Part shown: one piece after another, positions 48,534-57,893 of the stretch
How positions within the stretch are numbered: the first letter of the stretch is position 1
Layout: the number at the start of each line of letters is the position of its first letter
From: Myxococcales bacterium
GTDB taxonomy: Bacteria; Myxococcota_A; Polyangia; Polyangiales; DASUME01
Assembly (NCBI GenBank): GCA_047601445.1
Contig: JASGJH010000001.1
Span: 2,976,001-3,040,000 of the forward strand
Reading direction: 5' to 3'
DNA: 64,000 bases
The notes under the pieces: model-generated
Told to the model about the DNA's origin: nothing
The model's database searches: none
The model's input: the letters and a program-made list of their open reading frames with translations, nothing else
Program-made: the position numbers and the translations under genes

Positions 48534-48982
48534 GGCGGGGAGGTCGCGTGACCTCCCCGATAGTTAAGCCGCAGGCCCACCGTGAGCGAAGCGAACCTCG
48601 CGGTGGGGTGGGGCCCAGCGCGGCTTGGCCGCGATGGGCGGGGAGGTCGCGTGACCTCTCGCGAGAACAGCCGCAGGCCCACCGTGAGCGAAGCGAACCT
48701 CGCGGTGGGGTGGGGCCCAGCGCGGCTTGGCCGCGATGGGCGGGGAGGTCGCGTGACCTCTCGCGAGAACAGCCGCAGGCCCACCGTGAGCGAAGCGAAC
48801 CTCGCGGCGGGGTGGGGCCCAGCGCGGCTTGGCCGCGATGGGCGGGGAGGTCGCGTGACCTCCCCGATAGTTAAGCCGCCGGCACACCGTGAGCGAAGCG
48901 AACCTCGCGGTGGGGTGGGGCCCAGCGCGGCTTGGCCGCGATGGGCGGGGAGGTCGCGTGACCTCCCCGATAATTAAGCCGC
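48534..48982. repeat. Tandem array of about 4.4 palindromic units (102-103 bp) between convergent genes
   Basis: Unit starts at 48534, 48637, 48739, 48841, 48944; three hairpins per unit. Confidence 0.95.
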
Positions 48983-50536
48983 GGCCACGGTGCGCATGCG
49001 ATCTTCGAATGCCGTTAGCGCGGCCTTGGCGCCCTCCCCCATGGCCACGACGATCTGCTTGAACGGCGTGGTGGTCACGTCGCCCGCTGCGTAGATGCCT
49101 GGCACCGAGGTACGGCCCTTGTCGTCCACGATGATCTCCCCGTAGCGGTTCAGCTCCACCAGATCGCTGGCCAGAGAGCTGTTCGGCGAGAGCCCGATCT
49201 GCACGAAGATGCCGTCGACGCTCACGTCGTGCAGCTCCTTCGTCTTGCGGTCCTCGTAGCGCAAGCCCACGGCCTTGCCGTCCTGGCCCAATACCTCGGT
49301 GGTGCGTGCAGAGCTGATCACCGTGACGTTGGCCCGCTTCTTGAGGTTGTCGATGAGCACCGCGTCGGCCTTGAGCGTGTCGGCGAACTCGATCAGGGTC
49401 ACGTGGCTGCAGATGCCGGCCAAGTCGATGGCTGCCTCCACGCCCGAGTTGCCACCGCCGATCACGGCCACCGGCTTCCCCTTGTAGAAGGGACCATCGC
49501 AGTGCGGGCAGAACGCCACGCCGCGGCCGATGTGCTCCTTCTCGCCGGGCACGCCGAGCTCGCGCCACTTGGCGCCCGTGGTGAGGATCAGCGTACCTGC
49601 GAGGATGCGCTCGCCGCCCTGGATCAACAGCTCCTTCTCGGTCCCGTTCACGATGCGCTCCACTCGGCGATGCTCGAGCAGATCGATGGGATAGCTGCGC
49701 ACGTGCTTCTCGAGCTCGGCGCTCAGGCGCGGGCCCTCCGTGTACACGGTGCCGATCAAGTTCTCGATGCCCAGGGTGTCCATCACCTGGCCGCCGAACT
49801 TCTGCGCCACGATGGCCGTCTTGAGGCCCTTGCGCGCGCTATAGATGGCCGCCGACGCGCCCGCAGGTCCGCCGCCCACGACGACGACGTCGTAGCGCTT
49901 GACCTCGGCGGACTCCGCCGCCACGACCTCGCTCGAACGACCGAGCTTGGTCTCGAGCACATCCACCAGCTCCGAGAAGTTGGCCTTGCCCACATGCACC
50001 AGCTGCTCGCCGGCGAACACGGCCGGCACGCCCTGCAGACCCAGGCGCTCGACCTCGTCTTGATAGAGCTCGCCGTCGATCATCTCGTGGGTGGCCTGCG
50101 GGTGCAGCAGCGTCACCAGGTTGAGGGCCTGCACCACGTCCGGACAGTTGGTGCACTCCAAGGACACGTAGGTGCGCAGCACCACGGGCCCCTGGATCGC
50201 GCGCACGCGCGCCTGCACGCCGGCGTCGGGCAACTTGCCCTTTCCGTCGGCGTTCAAGATCGCCAGGATCAACGAGGTGAACTCGTGCCCGGCGGGAATT
50301 GCCTTGAACGTGATGCCCGTGGGGGCCCCGTTCTTGTGGAGGCTCATCTGGAGGCCCGCGTCGACGCGGCCGGACTCCACCACCTCGATCTTCTCGGAGG
50401 TGTCGGCGACGGCGCGCGCCAGCTCGAGGAGCTCACCTTGCTTCTCGTGGGAGCTCGCGGCCACCACCAGGGTGAGCTTCGATTCCAGCGCGCCAAAGAC
50501 CTGGCGGAGTTGAGCAGAGATGGCTTCATCGAGCAT
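48974..50536 (-). CDS. ahpF: Alkyl hydroperoxide reductase subunit F
   Basis: GHEFTSLILA, CTNCPDVVQALN, GGGPAG, CPHCDGP, GGGNSG. Confidence 0.96.
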   Translation of the reverse strand: MLDEAISAQLRQVFGALESKLTLVVAASSHEKQGELLELARAVADTSEKIEVVESGRVDAGLQMSLHKNGAPTGITFKAIPAGHEFTSLILAILNADGKGKLPDAGVQARVRAIQGPVVLRTYVSLECTNCPDVVQALNLVTLLHPQATHEMIDGELYQDEVERLGLQGVPAVFAGEQLVHVGKANFSELVDVLETKLGRSSEVVAAESAEVKRYDVVVVGGGPAGASAAIYSARKGLKTAIVAQKFGGQVMDTLGIENLIGTVYTEGPRLSAELEKHVRSYPIDLLEHRRVERIVNGTEKELLIQGGERILAGTLILTTGAKWRELGVPGEKEHIGRGVAFCPHCDGPFYKGKPVAVIGGGNSGVEAAIDLAGICSHVTLIEFADTLKADAVLIDNLKKRANVTVISSARTTEVLGQDGKAVGLRYEDRKTKELHDVSVDGIFVQIGLSPNSSLASDLVELNRYGEIIVDDKGRTSVPGIYAAGDVTTTPFKQIVVAMGEGAKAALTAFEDRMRTVAAA

Positions 50537-50617
50537 GACGTCGTTCCTTCCTTTCGTATCCGGCTCGCCTCTTAGGCGGGCCCCAGAGAGCCTTTCGTTA
50601 CGAGTGACTCGCCAGAA

Positions 50618-51181
50618 TCAGATCTTGCCGACGAGGTCGAGGCCGGGCTTGAGCGTGGCGGCGCCGGGCTTCCACTTGGCAGGGCACACTTCGCTGGGGT
50701 TGGCGGCCACGAACTGGGCAGCCTGCACCTTGCGCACGAGCTCCTCGGCGTTGCGGCCGATGCCGTTGTCGTTGACCTCGGCGATTCTGATCAGACCGTC
50801 GGGGTTCACCACGAACGTGCCGCGGTAGGCGAGGCCCGCCTCTTCGATGTACACGCCGAACGCGCGGGCCAGGTGGCCGGTGGGGTCGGCGAGCATGGGG
50901 TACTTGACCTTCTTGATGGTCTCGGAGGTGTCGTGCCACGCCTTGTGGGTGAAGTGCGTGTCGGTGCTGACCGAGTAAACCTCGACGCCCATGCCCTTGA
51001 GCTGGTCGTACTTGTCCTGGAGGTCACCGAGCTCGGTGGGGCACACGAAGGTGAAGTCGGCGGGGTAGAAGAAGAAGACGGCCCACTTCCCCTTGATGTC
51101 GTTCTGCGTGACGGTCTTGAACTCGTTGTTGACGAACACCTGCGCCTTGAAGTCCACAATCTTCGAATTGATCAGGGTCAT
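50618..51181 (-). CDS. ahpC: Alkyl hydroperoxide reductase subunit C (peroxiredoxin)
   Basis: FYPADFTFVCPTE, THFTHKAWH, EVCPAKW, LDLVGKI; start chosen from SD spacing. Confidence 0.97.
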   Translation of the reverse strand: MTLINSKIVDFKAQVFVNNEFKTVTQNDIKGKWAVFFFYPADFTFVCPTELGDLQDKYDQLKGMGVEVYSVSTDTHFTHKAWHDTSETIKKVKYPMLADPTGHLARAFGVYIEEAGLAYRGTFVVNPDGLIRIAEVNDNGIGRNAEELVRKVQAAQFVAANPSEVCPAKWKPGAATLKPGLDLVGKI

Positions 51182-51320
51182 TTGCATCTCCTTCGGGGTC
51201 TCTACAAGTTGTCTGGGCGCGCGCGCTGCACGCGCCTAACAGCCGGCCGGGCTGGTATAACAGAAGCTCGCGGCTGAGCCGCTACCCTGCACACCGTACT
51301 CTGGCTGCGAATAGTCACCA

Positions 51321-51357
51321 ATACATCGTTGCTAGCATTTCGATAGGCTGAGACTAT
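51321..51357 (-). promoter_or_regulatory. OxyR-type binding site upstream of ahpC
   Basis: Minus strand ATAG-N7-CTAT-N7-CTAG-N7-GTAT (14/16 to the OxyR tetrad), abutting TTGGTG-N17-TACGGT. Confidence 0.75.
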
Positions 51358-51381
51358 CAAATCTTTGCGTGTGAAATTCGC

Positions 51382-51990
51382 ATGTTGCGCTTGTTTTACG
51401 CCCCTAACGCCTGTTCGCTCTCTCCCCACATCGCGCTGCGCGAGGCGGGGCTCGCGTTCGCGCTCGTGCGGGTGGACTTCATGCGCAACAAGCGGCTCCC
51501 GGACGGGCGCTCCCTGGATGAGGTCACACCCAAGGGCTGCGTCCCGGCATTGCTGCTCGAGGACGGCACGCTGCTCACCGAGGGCGTGGCCATCCTGCAG
51601 TACGTGGCCGACCGCGCACCTGAGCGGGCACTGGCCCCGGCCGCAGGCTCGTTCGAGCGCGTGCGACTCGTGGAGTGGCTGAACTTCGTGGCCACCGACA
51701 TCCACAAGGCCACCGCGCCGCTCTACGGGCTCGATACGCCCGAGGTCTACAAGCCCATCGCCGAGCGCAAGGTGGCCGCCAAGCTGGCGTACGTCGCAAA
51801 ACACGTGGAGCAGCGCGAGTTCCTGCTCGAGCACTTCAGCGTGGCCGATTGCTACCTCTTCTATGCCTTGCGCAGCTTTCGCCGGGTTACGAAGCGAGCG
51901 CTCGAGGGGCCCTTGCGAGTTTATGCGGATCGGATCGCGGCACGGCCAGCGGTACGAGCCGCGCTCGAAGCCGAAGGGATCAAATACTAG
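51382..51990 (+). CDS. Glutathione S-transferase (beta-class/GstA-like)
   Basis: ACSLSPHIALRE, PKG.VPAL, LTEGVAILQY.AD, FSVADCYL. Confidence 0.92.
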   Translation: MLRLFYAPNACSLSPHIALREAGLAFALVRVDFMRNKRLPDGRSLDEVTPKGCVPALLLEDGTLLTEGVAILQYVADRAPERALAPAAGSFERVRLVEWLNFVATDIHKATAPLYGLDTPEVYKPIAERKVAAKLAYVAKHVEQREFLLEHFSVADCYLFYALRSFRRVTKRALEGPLRVYADRIAARPAVRAALEAEGIKY

Positions 51991-52020
51991 AGCGCGGTGT
52001 CGAGCACGCTCTGTCGTACG

Positions 52021-52097
52021 CGTGCCCGTGCCCGTACGCGATCTGCTCGTTCTACGGTCCTGAGGCAGAATCGTGTACGGGCACGGGCACGGGCACG
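52021..52097. repeat. Long imperfect inverted repeat built from GTGCCC/GGGCAC hexamers
   Basis: CGTGCCCGTGCCCGTACGCGATCTGC ... GCAGAATCGTGTACGGGCACGGGCACG between convergent genes. Confidence 0.8.
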
Positions 52098-52121
52098 TTT
52101 ACGGGAGGTTGTCCGTCCCGT

Positions 52122-52604
52122 TCACCCGCAGCACTTCTTGAACTTCTTCCCCGACCCGCAAGGACACGGATCGTTCCGCCCCACCTTGGGCTTGTCGTTG
52201 CGCACCGTGGCACCGCCCACCTTCTGCCCGTTGATGAAGTACCAACGGCCATCGATGCGCCGAAAACGTGAGCGCTCGTGGTGCACATGGTCCACGCCGT
52301 CCATCCCGTAGCGCGCGATGAACTCCACGTAGCCCGTGTCGTCCTCGGGACCGCCCTCTTCGGTCTTCACGATCTCGAGCCCACGCCACTCGGCGCGCTT
52401 GGACCAATCCTCCGTGGACTTACGGTCGGTCTCGGAGCGGGTCTTGGGGTCGTGCGTCTCGAGCAGGTAGTCGATGGCCCCGGTGGCGTAGGCCACGTAG
52501 CGCGAGGCCATCAGCTGGGCTGCGGTCTCGGGGCGCTTCTCGCCGCGGATGAAAGGCTGACAATAGGCCTCGAGGGCGCTCGGATCTTGAAAGGGAATGT
52601 CCAT
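52122..52604 (-). CDS. ychJ: YchJ family protein with C-terminal SEC-C motif
   Basis: [45 protein letters not shown]. Confidence 0.88.
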   Translation of the reverse strand: MDIPFQDPSALEAYCQPFIRGEKRPETAAQLMASRYVAYATGAIDYLLETHDPKTRSETDRKSTEDWSKRAEWRGLEIVKTEEGGPEDDTGYVEFIARYGMDGVDHVHHERSRFRRIDGRWYFINGQKVGGATVRNDKPKVGRNDPCPCGSGKKFKKCCG

Positions 52605-52628
52605 CGGATTCGGGCCCAAGTTAGTCGC

Positions 52629-53297
52629 TCACAGGCTGAAGTCGAAGGGCTGTTCGCCGACTTCCGAGAGGGCGTGCTGAATCGCGCTGAAAGGCCGCGC
52701 TCCCAGGAAGCCGCGATACGCCGAAAGCGGGGACGGATGAGCTGCCGTGACCACTCGGTGCTGCGGGCCCGTCACGAGTCGCTTCTTTTGCTCGGCGGGC
52801 TTGCCCCAGAGCACGAACACCACCGGCCTCGCGCGCGCGCTCAGGGCCGAGATGGCAGCGTCGGTCAGGCGTTCCCAGCCGCGCTTTTGATGGGAGAGCG
52901 GCTCGCCCGTGCGCACGCTGAGCAAGGTGTTCAGCAGCAGCATGCCGCGCGTGGCCCAAGCACTCAGGTCGCCCTGGGCGGGAAGCGGCAGTCCGAGGTC
53001 CGCGCCCAGCTCCTTGAAGATGTTCTTGAGCGACGGCGGCGCCGGCACCCCCGCAGGCACCGAGAAGCAGAAGCCGTGGGCCTGACCGACCCCGTGATAG
53101 GGATCTTGCCCCAAGAGCACCACGCGCACGCGCTCGAAGGGCGTGGCGGTGAAGGCCCTGAAGACGTTCTCCTCGGCAGGGAACACCTGGTGCTCACGGC
53201 GCTCCGCGTCCACGAAGCGCTCGAGCTCGGCGAAGCTCGCCGAGCCGAGCTCGGGCGCAAGCGCCGCGCGCCAATCGCTCGGAAGATCCACCAACAT
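52629..53297 (-). CDS. ung: Uracil-DNA glycosylase family 1
   Basis: GQDPYH, PPSLKNI, LLLN, LWG, HPSPLS. Confidence 0.96.
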   Translation of the reverse strand: MLVDLPSDWRAALAPELGSASFAELERFVDAERREHQVFPAEENVFRAFTATPFERVRVVLLGQDPYHGVGQAHGFCFSVPAGVPAPPSLKNIFKELGADLGLPLPAQGDLSAWATRGMLLLNTLLSVRTGEPLSHQKRGWERLTDAAISALSARARPVVFVLWGKPAEQKKRLVTGPQHRVVTAAHPSPLSAYRGFLGARPFSAIQHALSEVGEQPFDFSL

Positions 53298-53324
53298 ACG
53301 TCCCCGAAGCCAGGCGGAGGTGGA

Positions 53325-53840
53325 CTACTCGTGCACCGTGACGCTGATCATCTGCACGGGCGTGCGCGGACGATCGCGGCCGTCGGTCGGCGTGGTGCCG
53401 ATCTTGCCGACCACGTCCAGGCCCTTCACCACCTTGGCGAACACGGGATGACGCGACGGGCCGGGCGTGAACCAGTCGAGGTAGGCGTTGTGCACGGTGT
53501 TGATGAAGAACTGACAGGAACCGCTGTTGGGGCGGCCGGTGTTGGCCATCGAGAGCGTGCCGGGCTCGTTCGAGAGCTTGGCGTTCTCGGGGAACTCATC
53601 CTGGATGGTGCCGTGGGGCGAGTTGCCAGTGCCCGCCTTCGCGCTGTTCGCATCCCTGGAGTGCGGGCAGCCGAACTGGATCATGAAGTTGTTGATCACG
53701 CGGTGGAAGTGCAGGCCGTCGTAGAAGCCCTCCTTCGCCAGCTTGATGAAGTTGCCCGCGGTCTGGGGCATCTTGTCGACGAACAACTCGATTTCGACGT
53801 CGCCGAGAGAGGTCTTGAGCGTTGCTGTGGGATTCGCCAT
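53325..53840 (-). CDS. Cyclophilin-type peptidyl-prolyl isomerase
   Basis: [28 protein letters not shown]. Confidence 0.95.
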   Translation of the reverse strand: MANPTATLKTSLGDVEIELFVDKMPQTAGNFIKLAKEGFYDGLHFHRVINNFMIQFGCPHSRDANSAKAGTGNSPHGTIQDEFPENAKLSNEPGTLSMANTGRPNSGSCQFFINTVHNAYLDWFTPGPSRHPVFAKVVKGLDVVGKIGTTPTDGRDRPRTPVQMISVTVHE

Positions 53841-53973
53841 GGGCGGAGTGGTACCAGGTCCCCCACCCCAACGTCCACCGCTCGTGTGCCGCCAGGACGT
53901 CGCTTTGGCTGCCCTAGCCGCCGGTCTGCTCGCTCAACCCCTGTCCCGGCTTGGCGAGGGCGCCTTCGGTTCA

Positions 53974-54055
53974 CGGGGAGGGCACGCGCCCTCCCCGACC
54001 CGCGCGGCAAAGCCGTGCTGGGACCCACCCCGCCGCGAGGTTCGCTGCGCTCACG
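53974..54055 (-). repeat. Solo inverted, diverged copy of the 48.5-kb array unit
   Basis: Reverse complement aligns to CGTGAGCGAAGCGAACCTCGCGG...GACCTCCCCG with few substitutions. Confidence 0.9.
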
Positions 54056-54067
54056 AATCGCCGACCA

Positions 54068-55060
54068 TCAAGCGCTGTGCGTCCCACGCGCGAGTTCGCC
54101 TCTCGCAGTGCGGATGCGATGGGCCTCGTGCTCGGCGAACTGTTCGGCACCAAAGCGCTCCTTGGCTCCGTCGCGGAAGCGCCGGTAAGCCGCCTTGGCG
54201 CGCTCGCTGACCGGAGTCCCTGCCTCCAGCGGGAAGAAGTACTCGATGCCGGCGTCGACCCCGCGATTGATGAAGTTGTCGTCTCGATCCACCGGTAGCC
54301 CGACCAGCGCGAGCCCCTGCTGCATGGCGGCCATCTGTTTGCGGCGCGCCCGGTCGATCAGGGTGCGCGGCGCGATCCCAAGCACCGCGAGATCCCCTTC
54401 GATGAACTTCGTCTCCCACAGCGCGTAGGTCAAAAGGCGCACCTGGAACGCCGAAAGCTGCAGCACTTCCAGGCGATTCATCTGGCGCATGAGCTCCGGC
54501 AGATACTGGACGCCGAGCCCCACGTGCCGGGCTTCGTCGCGCTCGTAGTAGGTGAGGAGCTCGCACAGCACGGGCTCCACGCCGCTCTCGCGCACGCCCT
54601 GAAACAGGCTGAGCGCCATCGTCTCCACCATCAGTTGCATGCCGACCAGCTTGTAAGCCAGCTGGTCTGCGTTCAGCACGGTGTCGAGCAGCGCCTGTGG
54701 CGCCGGGTGCAAGCGGGTCGGGGTGTAGCCGAGCTCCCGCAGATAGTCGTACATCGTGTAGAAGTGGCGCGCTTCGTCGTGGGCCTGACTGGTGGCCGCC
54801 ATCTTGGCTTCCAAGGGCTCCAGGCGGTCGGCCAGCTGGGCGGAGATCTTCCAGGCCGCGAGCTCGCCCCACATGATGATGGCGAACACCGTCTTGAGTG
54901 CCTCGCGCTTCTCCGGCGCGAGTCGGATGCCCCCGTGCTCTCGCAGCAGGCTGGCCAGGATGTCCTTTCCGTCCCAGGCCAGGTCCTGCCCGAGATGGTA
55001 GATGCGCTCGCAGCGCACGAAGCGCTTGGCGTCCTCGGCGCTGCGCTCCCAGTCGAACAT
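54068..55060 (-). CDS. Ferritin-like diiron-carboxylate protein
   Basis: GELAAW..DEARH and VET.A..DEARH ligand pattern; start uncertain. Confidence 0.78.
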   Translation of the reverse strand: MFDWERSAEDAKRFVRCERIYHLGQDLAWDGKDILASLLREHGGIRLAPEKREALKTVFAIIMWGELAAWKISAQLADRLEPLEAKMAATSQAHDEARHFYTMYDYLRELGYTPTRLHPAPQALLDTVLNADQLAYKLVGMQLMVETMALSLFQGVRESGVEPVLCELLTYYERDEARHVGLGVQYLPELMRQMNRLEVLQLSAFQVRLLTYALWETKFIEGDLAVLGIAPRTLIDRARRKQMAAMQQGLALVGLPVDRDDNFINRGVDAGIEYFFPLEAGTPVSERAKAAYRRFRDGAKERFGAEQFAEHEAHRIRTARGELARGTHSA

Positions 55061-55305
55061 CCCGTACGGGATTCTGCGTCTTGCCTCCGCCGAACAGCCC
55101 CATCGCCACCTCGCCCCGAATCTACGGCCGAATGGCGCCGCCCGGCAGCCCAATCGCCCGAGCCCCGAAGTCCGGTCCGCGGATGTGGGATCGCAGGTTA
55201 CAGCGCGTGGTGGCACGGCCCTAAAGGAGGCCGGAAATCCCGAGCGGGCCTCGGGGGGTTGCGGCTTGCGGGCAGCCTCCGGCCCCGGCTGCTAGGCTCC
55301 GGCCG

Positions 55306-56481
55306 ATGGCCATGCTCACCGAAGTCGAAGCCCGCATTCGCGCAAACGAACGCATCGACCTGGACCAGGCGCGTTGGCTTTTCGAGCACGCGGAGAGCGC
55401 CGACTTGGCGCGCCTCGCCACCCAAGTGCGCTCGCGCTTCCACGAGGAACACGAGGCCACGTACCTGATCATGGCCATCGTGAACTACACGAACGTGTGC
55501 GTCGCCAAGTGCGACTACTGCTCGTTCTATCGTTTGCCTGGAGCCCCCGATGGCTACCTGCTGAGCTTCGAGCAGGTCTGCGACAAGATCGATCAGTTGC
55601 GAGCCCACGGCGGCTCCCTGGTGGGCTTCAACGGCGGCTTCCATCCGGAGCTGCGCATCCAGGACTACGCCGATATGTTCGGCAAGATCCATGCGCGCTA
55701 CCCGGACCTCGAGTTCTTCGAGATGACCGTCGCGGAGTTCATGTTCGCGTGCAAGGTGAGCAAGCTCCCCTACGCCGAGGGAGCCCGCATCCTGAAGAGC
55801 GTGGGCACGCGCTGGGTCACCGGTGGCGGAGCCGAGGTGCTCGACGAGGCGTTCCGGAAGCGTCACAGCCCCGGCAAATACAAGGTGGCCGACTACTACA
55901 AGGCACAGGCCGCGATCCTCGAAGCGGAGATGGCCAGCACCGCCACCATGGTGATCGGCTTCGGCGAACCGCTCGCAGAGCGCCTCAACCATCTGCGCGG
56001 GCTGCGCGAGTTCCAGGATCGCATGAACGGCGGGCTGGCGAGCTTTCTGTGCTGGACCTACAAGAGCTTCGGCAACGAGCTCGGCGGCCACGAGATCAGC
56101 AATCAGGAGTACCTGCGCTGGCTCGCCGTGTGTCGCCTCTACCTCGACAACTTCGTGCACATCCGCACGAGTGTGCTCACCAAGAACGAAGGTGCGCTCG
56201 AAGGACTGCGCTATGGCGCCAATGACTTCGACCTGCCCACCGAAGACGAAGTCACTCAGAAGGCCGGCGCCCAGGTGAGCCACGCCTTCGCCGACGTGTT
56301 GGCCCACGCTGAAAAGCTCGGCTTCCGGGTAATCCATCGCAAGGGCCTGCCGATGCGCCCGCGCGCAGGGCTCGCCTACGAAGCCACGGGCTTGAGCAAC
56401 GCCGAGGTCCTCTCGCCCAAGCTCGTCGCGCTGCGCCCCGACGTGTCGGCCGACGAGCTGTTGCGCGTCAGGAGCGCATGA
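55306..56481 (+). CDS. Radical SAM protein, MqnC/CofH-like (divergent)
   Basis: NYTNVCVAKCDYCSF, GGFHPEL, GGGAEVL, TATM, RLYLDNF, GANDF. Confidence 0.85.
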   Translation: MAMLTEVEARIRANERIDLDQARWLFEHAESADLARLATQVRSRFHEEHEATYLIMAIVNYTNVCVAKCDYCSFYRLPGAPDGYLLSFEQVCDKIDQLRAHGGSLVGFNGGFHPELRIQDYADMFGKIHARYPDLEFFEMTVAEFMFACKVSKLPYAEGARILKSVGTRWVTGGGAEVLDEAFRKRHSPGKYKVADYYKAQAAILEAEMASTATMVIGFGEPLAERLNHLRGLREFQDRMNGGLASFLCWTYKSFGNELGGHEISNQEYLRWLAVCRLYLDNFVHIRTSVLTKNEGALEGLRYGANDFDLPTEDEVTQKAGAQVSHAFADVLAHAEKLGFRVIHRKGLPMRPRAGLAYEATGLSNAEVLSPKLVALRPDVSADELLRVRSA

Positions 56482-57893
56482 CCGGGGCGCTGCTGGCGCT
56501 GCTCGCCTACGTAGCGGCGCAGTTGCTGCTGGGCGTGCTGGTGTCACGCCGCATCAAGACCGAAGACGATTACCTGGTGGCCGGCCGCAGCCTGGGCCCC
56601 GTGATGGCCACCTCCTCCATCTTCGCCACCTGGTTCGGCGCCGAGAGCTGCGTCGGCGCTGCGGGCCAGGTGTTCGAGCACGGGTTGTCCGCGGTGTCGG
56701 CGGATCCCTTCGGCTATGGCCTGTGTCTGTTGCTGTTCGGCGCCTTGTTCGCGTCGCCCTTGTGGGCGCGCAAGCTCACCACGCTGGCCGACCTATTCCG
56801 CGAGCGCTACTCGCCGGGCGTCGAACGGCTGGTGGCTCTGATGCTGATCCCGGGCTCGCTCCTGTGGGCCAGCGCGCAGATTCGCGCCTTCGGCCATGTG
56901 CTGGCCGCGACCGGACACCTCGCGGAGCCCATCGGCATCGCGTTGGCCGCCGTGTTGGCCGTGACGTACACGAGCTTCGGTGGGTTGTTGGCCGATGCCT
57001 ACGCCGATCTCATCCAGGGCGGCGTGCTGATCACGTGCCTGCTGATCCTGCTGGTGGCGGTGGTGCTCGGCACGGGCGGTGTGACTGCCACCTGGACCGC
57101 CGTGACCTCCGTCGGTCCGAACGCGCTGGAGGCCCCCAGGCACGACCTGCTCGCCTCGCTCAACGACTGGGCCATCCCGATCCTCGGCTCGCTGTTCGCG
57201 CAGGAGCTCGTGGCGCGCACGAGCGCATCACGCTCACGCCAGGTGGCTCAACGCTCGGTCCTGTTGGCAGCCGTCGTCTATCTCTTGGTCGGCAGCATCC
57301 CAGTCGTGCTCGGTGCCATCGCCCACACCACGCTGCCGGGCGCGGATCCGGAGCAGGTCCTGGCCACCCTGGCGCAGAAGCACCTGCCGTCGTTCGGCTA
57401 TCTCATCTTCGCGGGCGCGCTGGTGTCCGCCATCCTGTCCACCGTGGACAGCGCGCTGCTGGTGTGCGGCTCGCTGGTGTCCCACAACCTGGCTGGCCTG
57501 GCCATGCGCGACGCAAGTGAGGACCAGAAGGTGTTGCTCGCGCGTGTCAGCGTGGTCGCCTTCAGCGGCGTGGCCTACCTCGTGGCGCGCTCCGCCGAGA
57601 GCGTGCACGGCCTGGTGCAGGAGGCATCGGCTTTCGGTAGTGCCGGAGTCTGCGTGGCGGGCACCCTCGGGCTCTTCTCGCGTCGGGGCGGAGCGCTCTC
57701 GGCCTACGGCGCCCTCGTCGCGGGCACCGTGGCGTGGCTCTACGCGGCCTACGTGGCCGAGCTCGACACGTCCTTCTTGTGCTCGCTCGCGGCCGCCTTC
57801 GCGGCCTACGTCGTGTGTTCGCTGTTCGAGGGCGACGCGCGGCTAGCTGCCGACGACGTCAGGCGGCTCTCGGCAGATCGCGGACCACGTTGA
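56478..57893 (+). CDS. Sodium:solute symporter family protein
   Basis: DYLVAGRSLG, ATWFGAE, YT.FGGL..A..D..Q, SAILSTVDS; many TMs; ATGA overlap. Confidence 0.9.
   Translation: MTGALLALLAYVAAQLLLGVLVSRRIKTEDDYLVAGRSLGPVMATSSIFATWFGAESCVGAAGQVFEHGLSAVSADPFGYGLCLLLFGALFASPLWARKLTTLADLFRERYSPGVERLVALMLIPGSLLWASAQIRAFGHVLAATGHLAEPIGIALAAVLAVTYTSFGGLLADAYADLIQGGVLITCLLILLVAVVLGTGGVTATWTAVTSVGPNALEAPRHDLLASLNDWAIPILGSLFAQELVARTSASRSRQVAQRSVLLAAVVYLLVGSIPVVLGAIAHTTLPGADPEQVLATLAQKHLPSFGYLIFAGALVSAILSTVDSALLVCGSLVSHNLAGLAMRDASEDQKVLLARVSVVAFSGVAYLVARSAESVHGLVQEASAFGSAGVCVAGTLGLFSRRGGALSAYGALVAGTVAWLYAAYVAELDTSFLCSLAAAFAAYVVCSLFEGDARLAADDVRRLSADRGPR

Noticed and set aside
48534..48982. CRISPR array
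   Set aside because: Constant part is about 90 bp, the variable part is short and recurs in only two versions, and no cas genes are present
48218..49568. ORFs with repeated peptides such as QAHRERSEPRGGVGPSAAWPRWAGRSRD
   Set aside because: Translations of the DNA repeat; they overlap real genes and unit lengths of 103 break the frame
55306..56481. Assigning the symbol mqnC
   Set aside because: Family is clear but several motifs diverge and there is no pathway context
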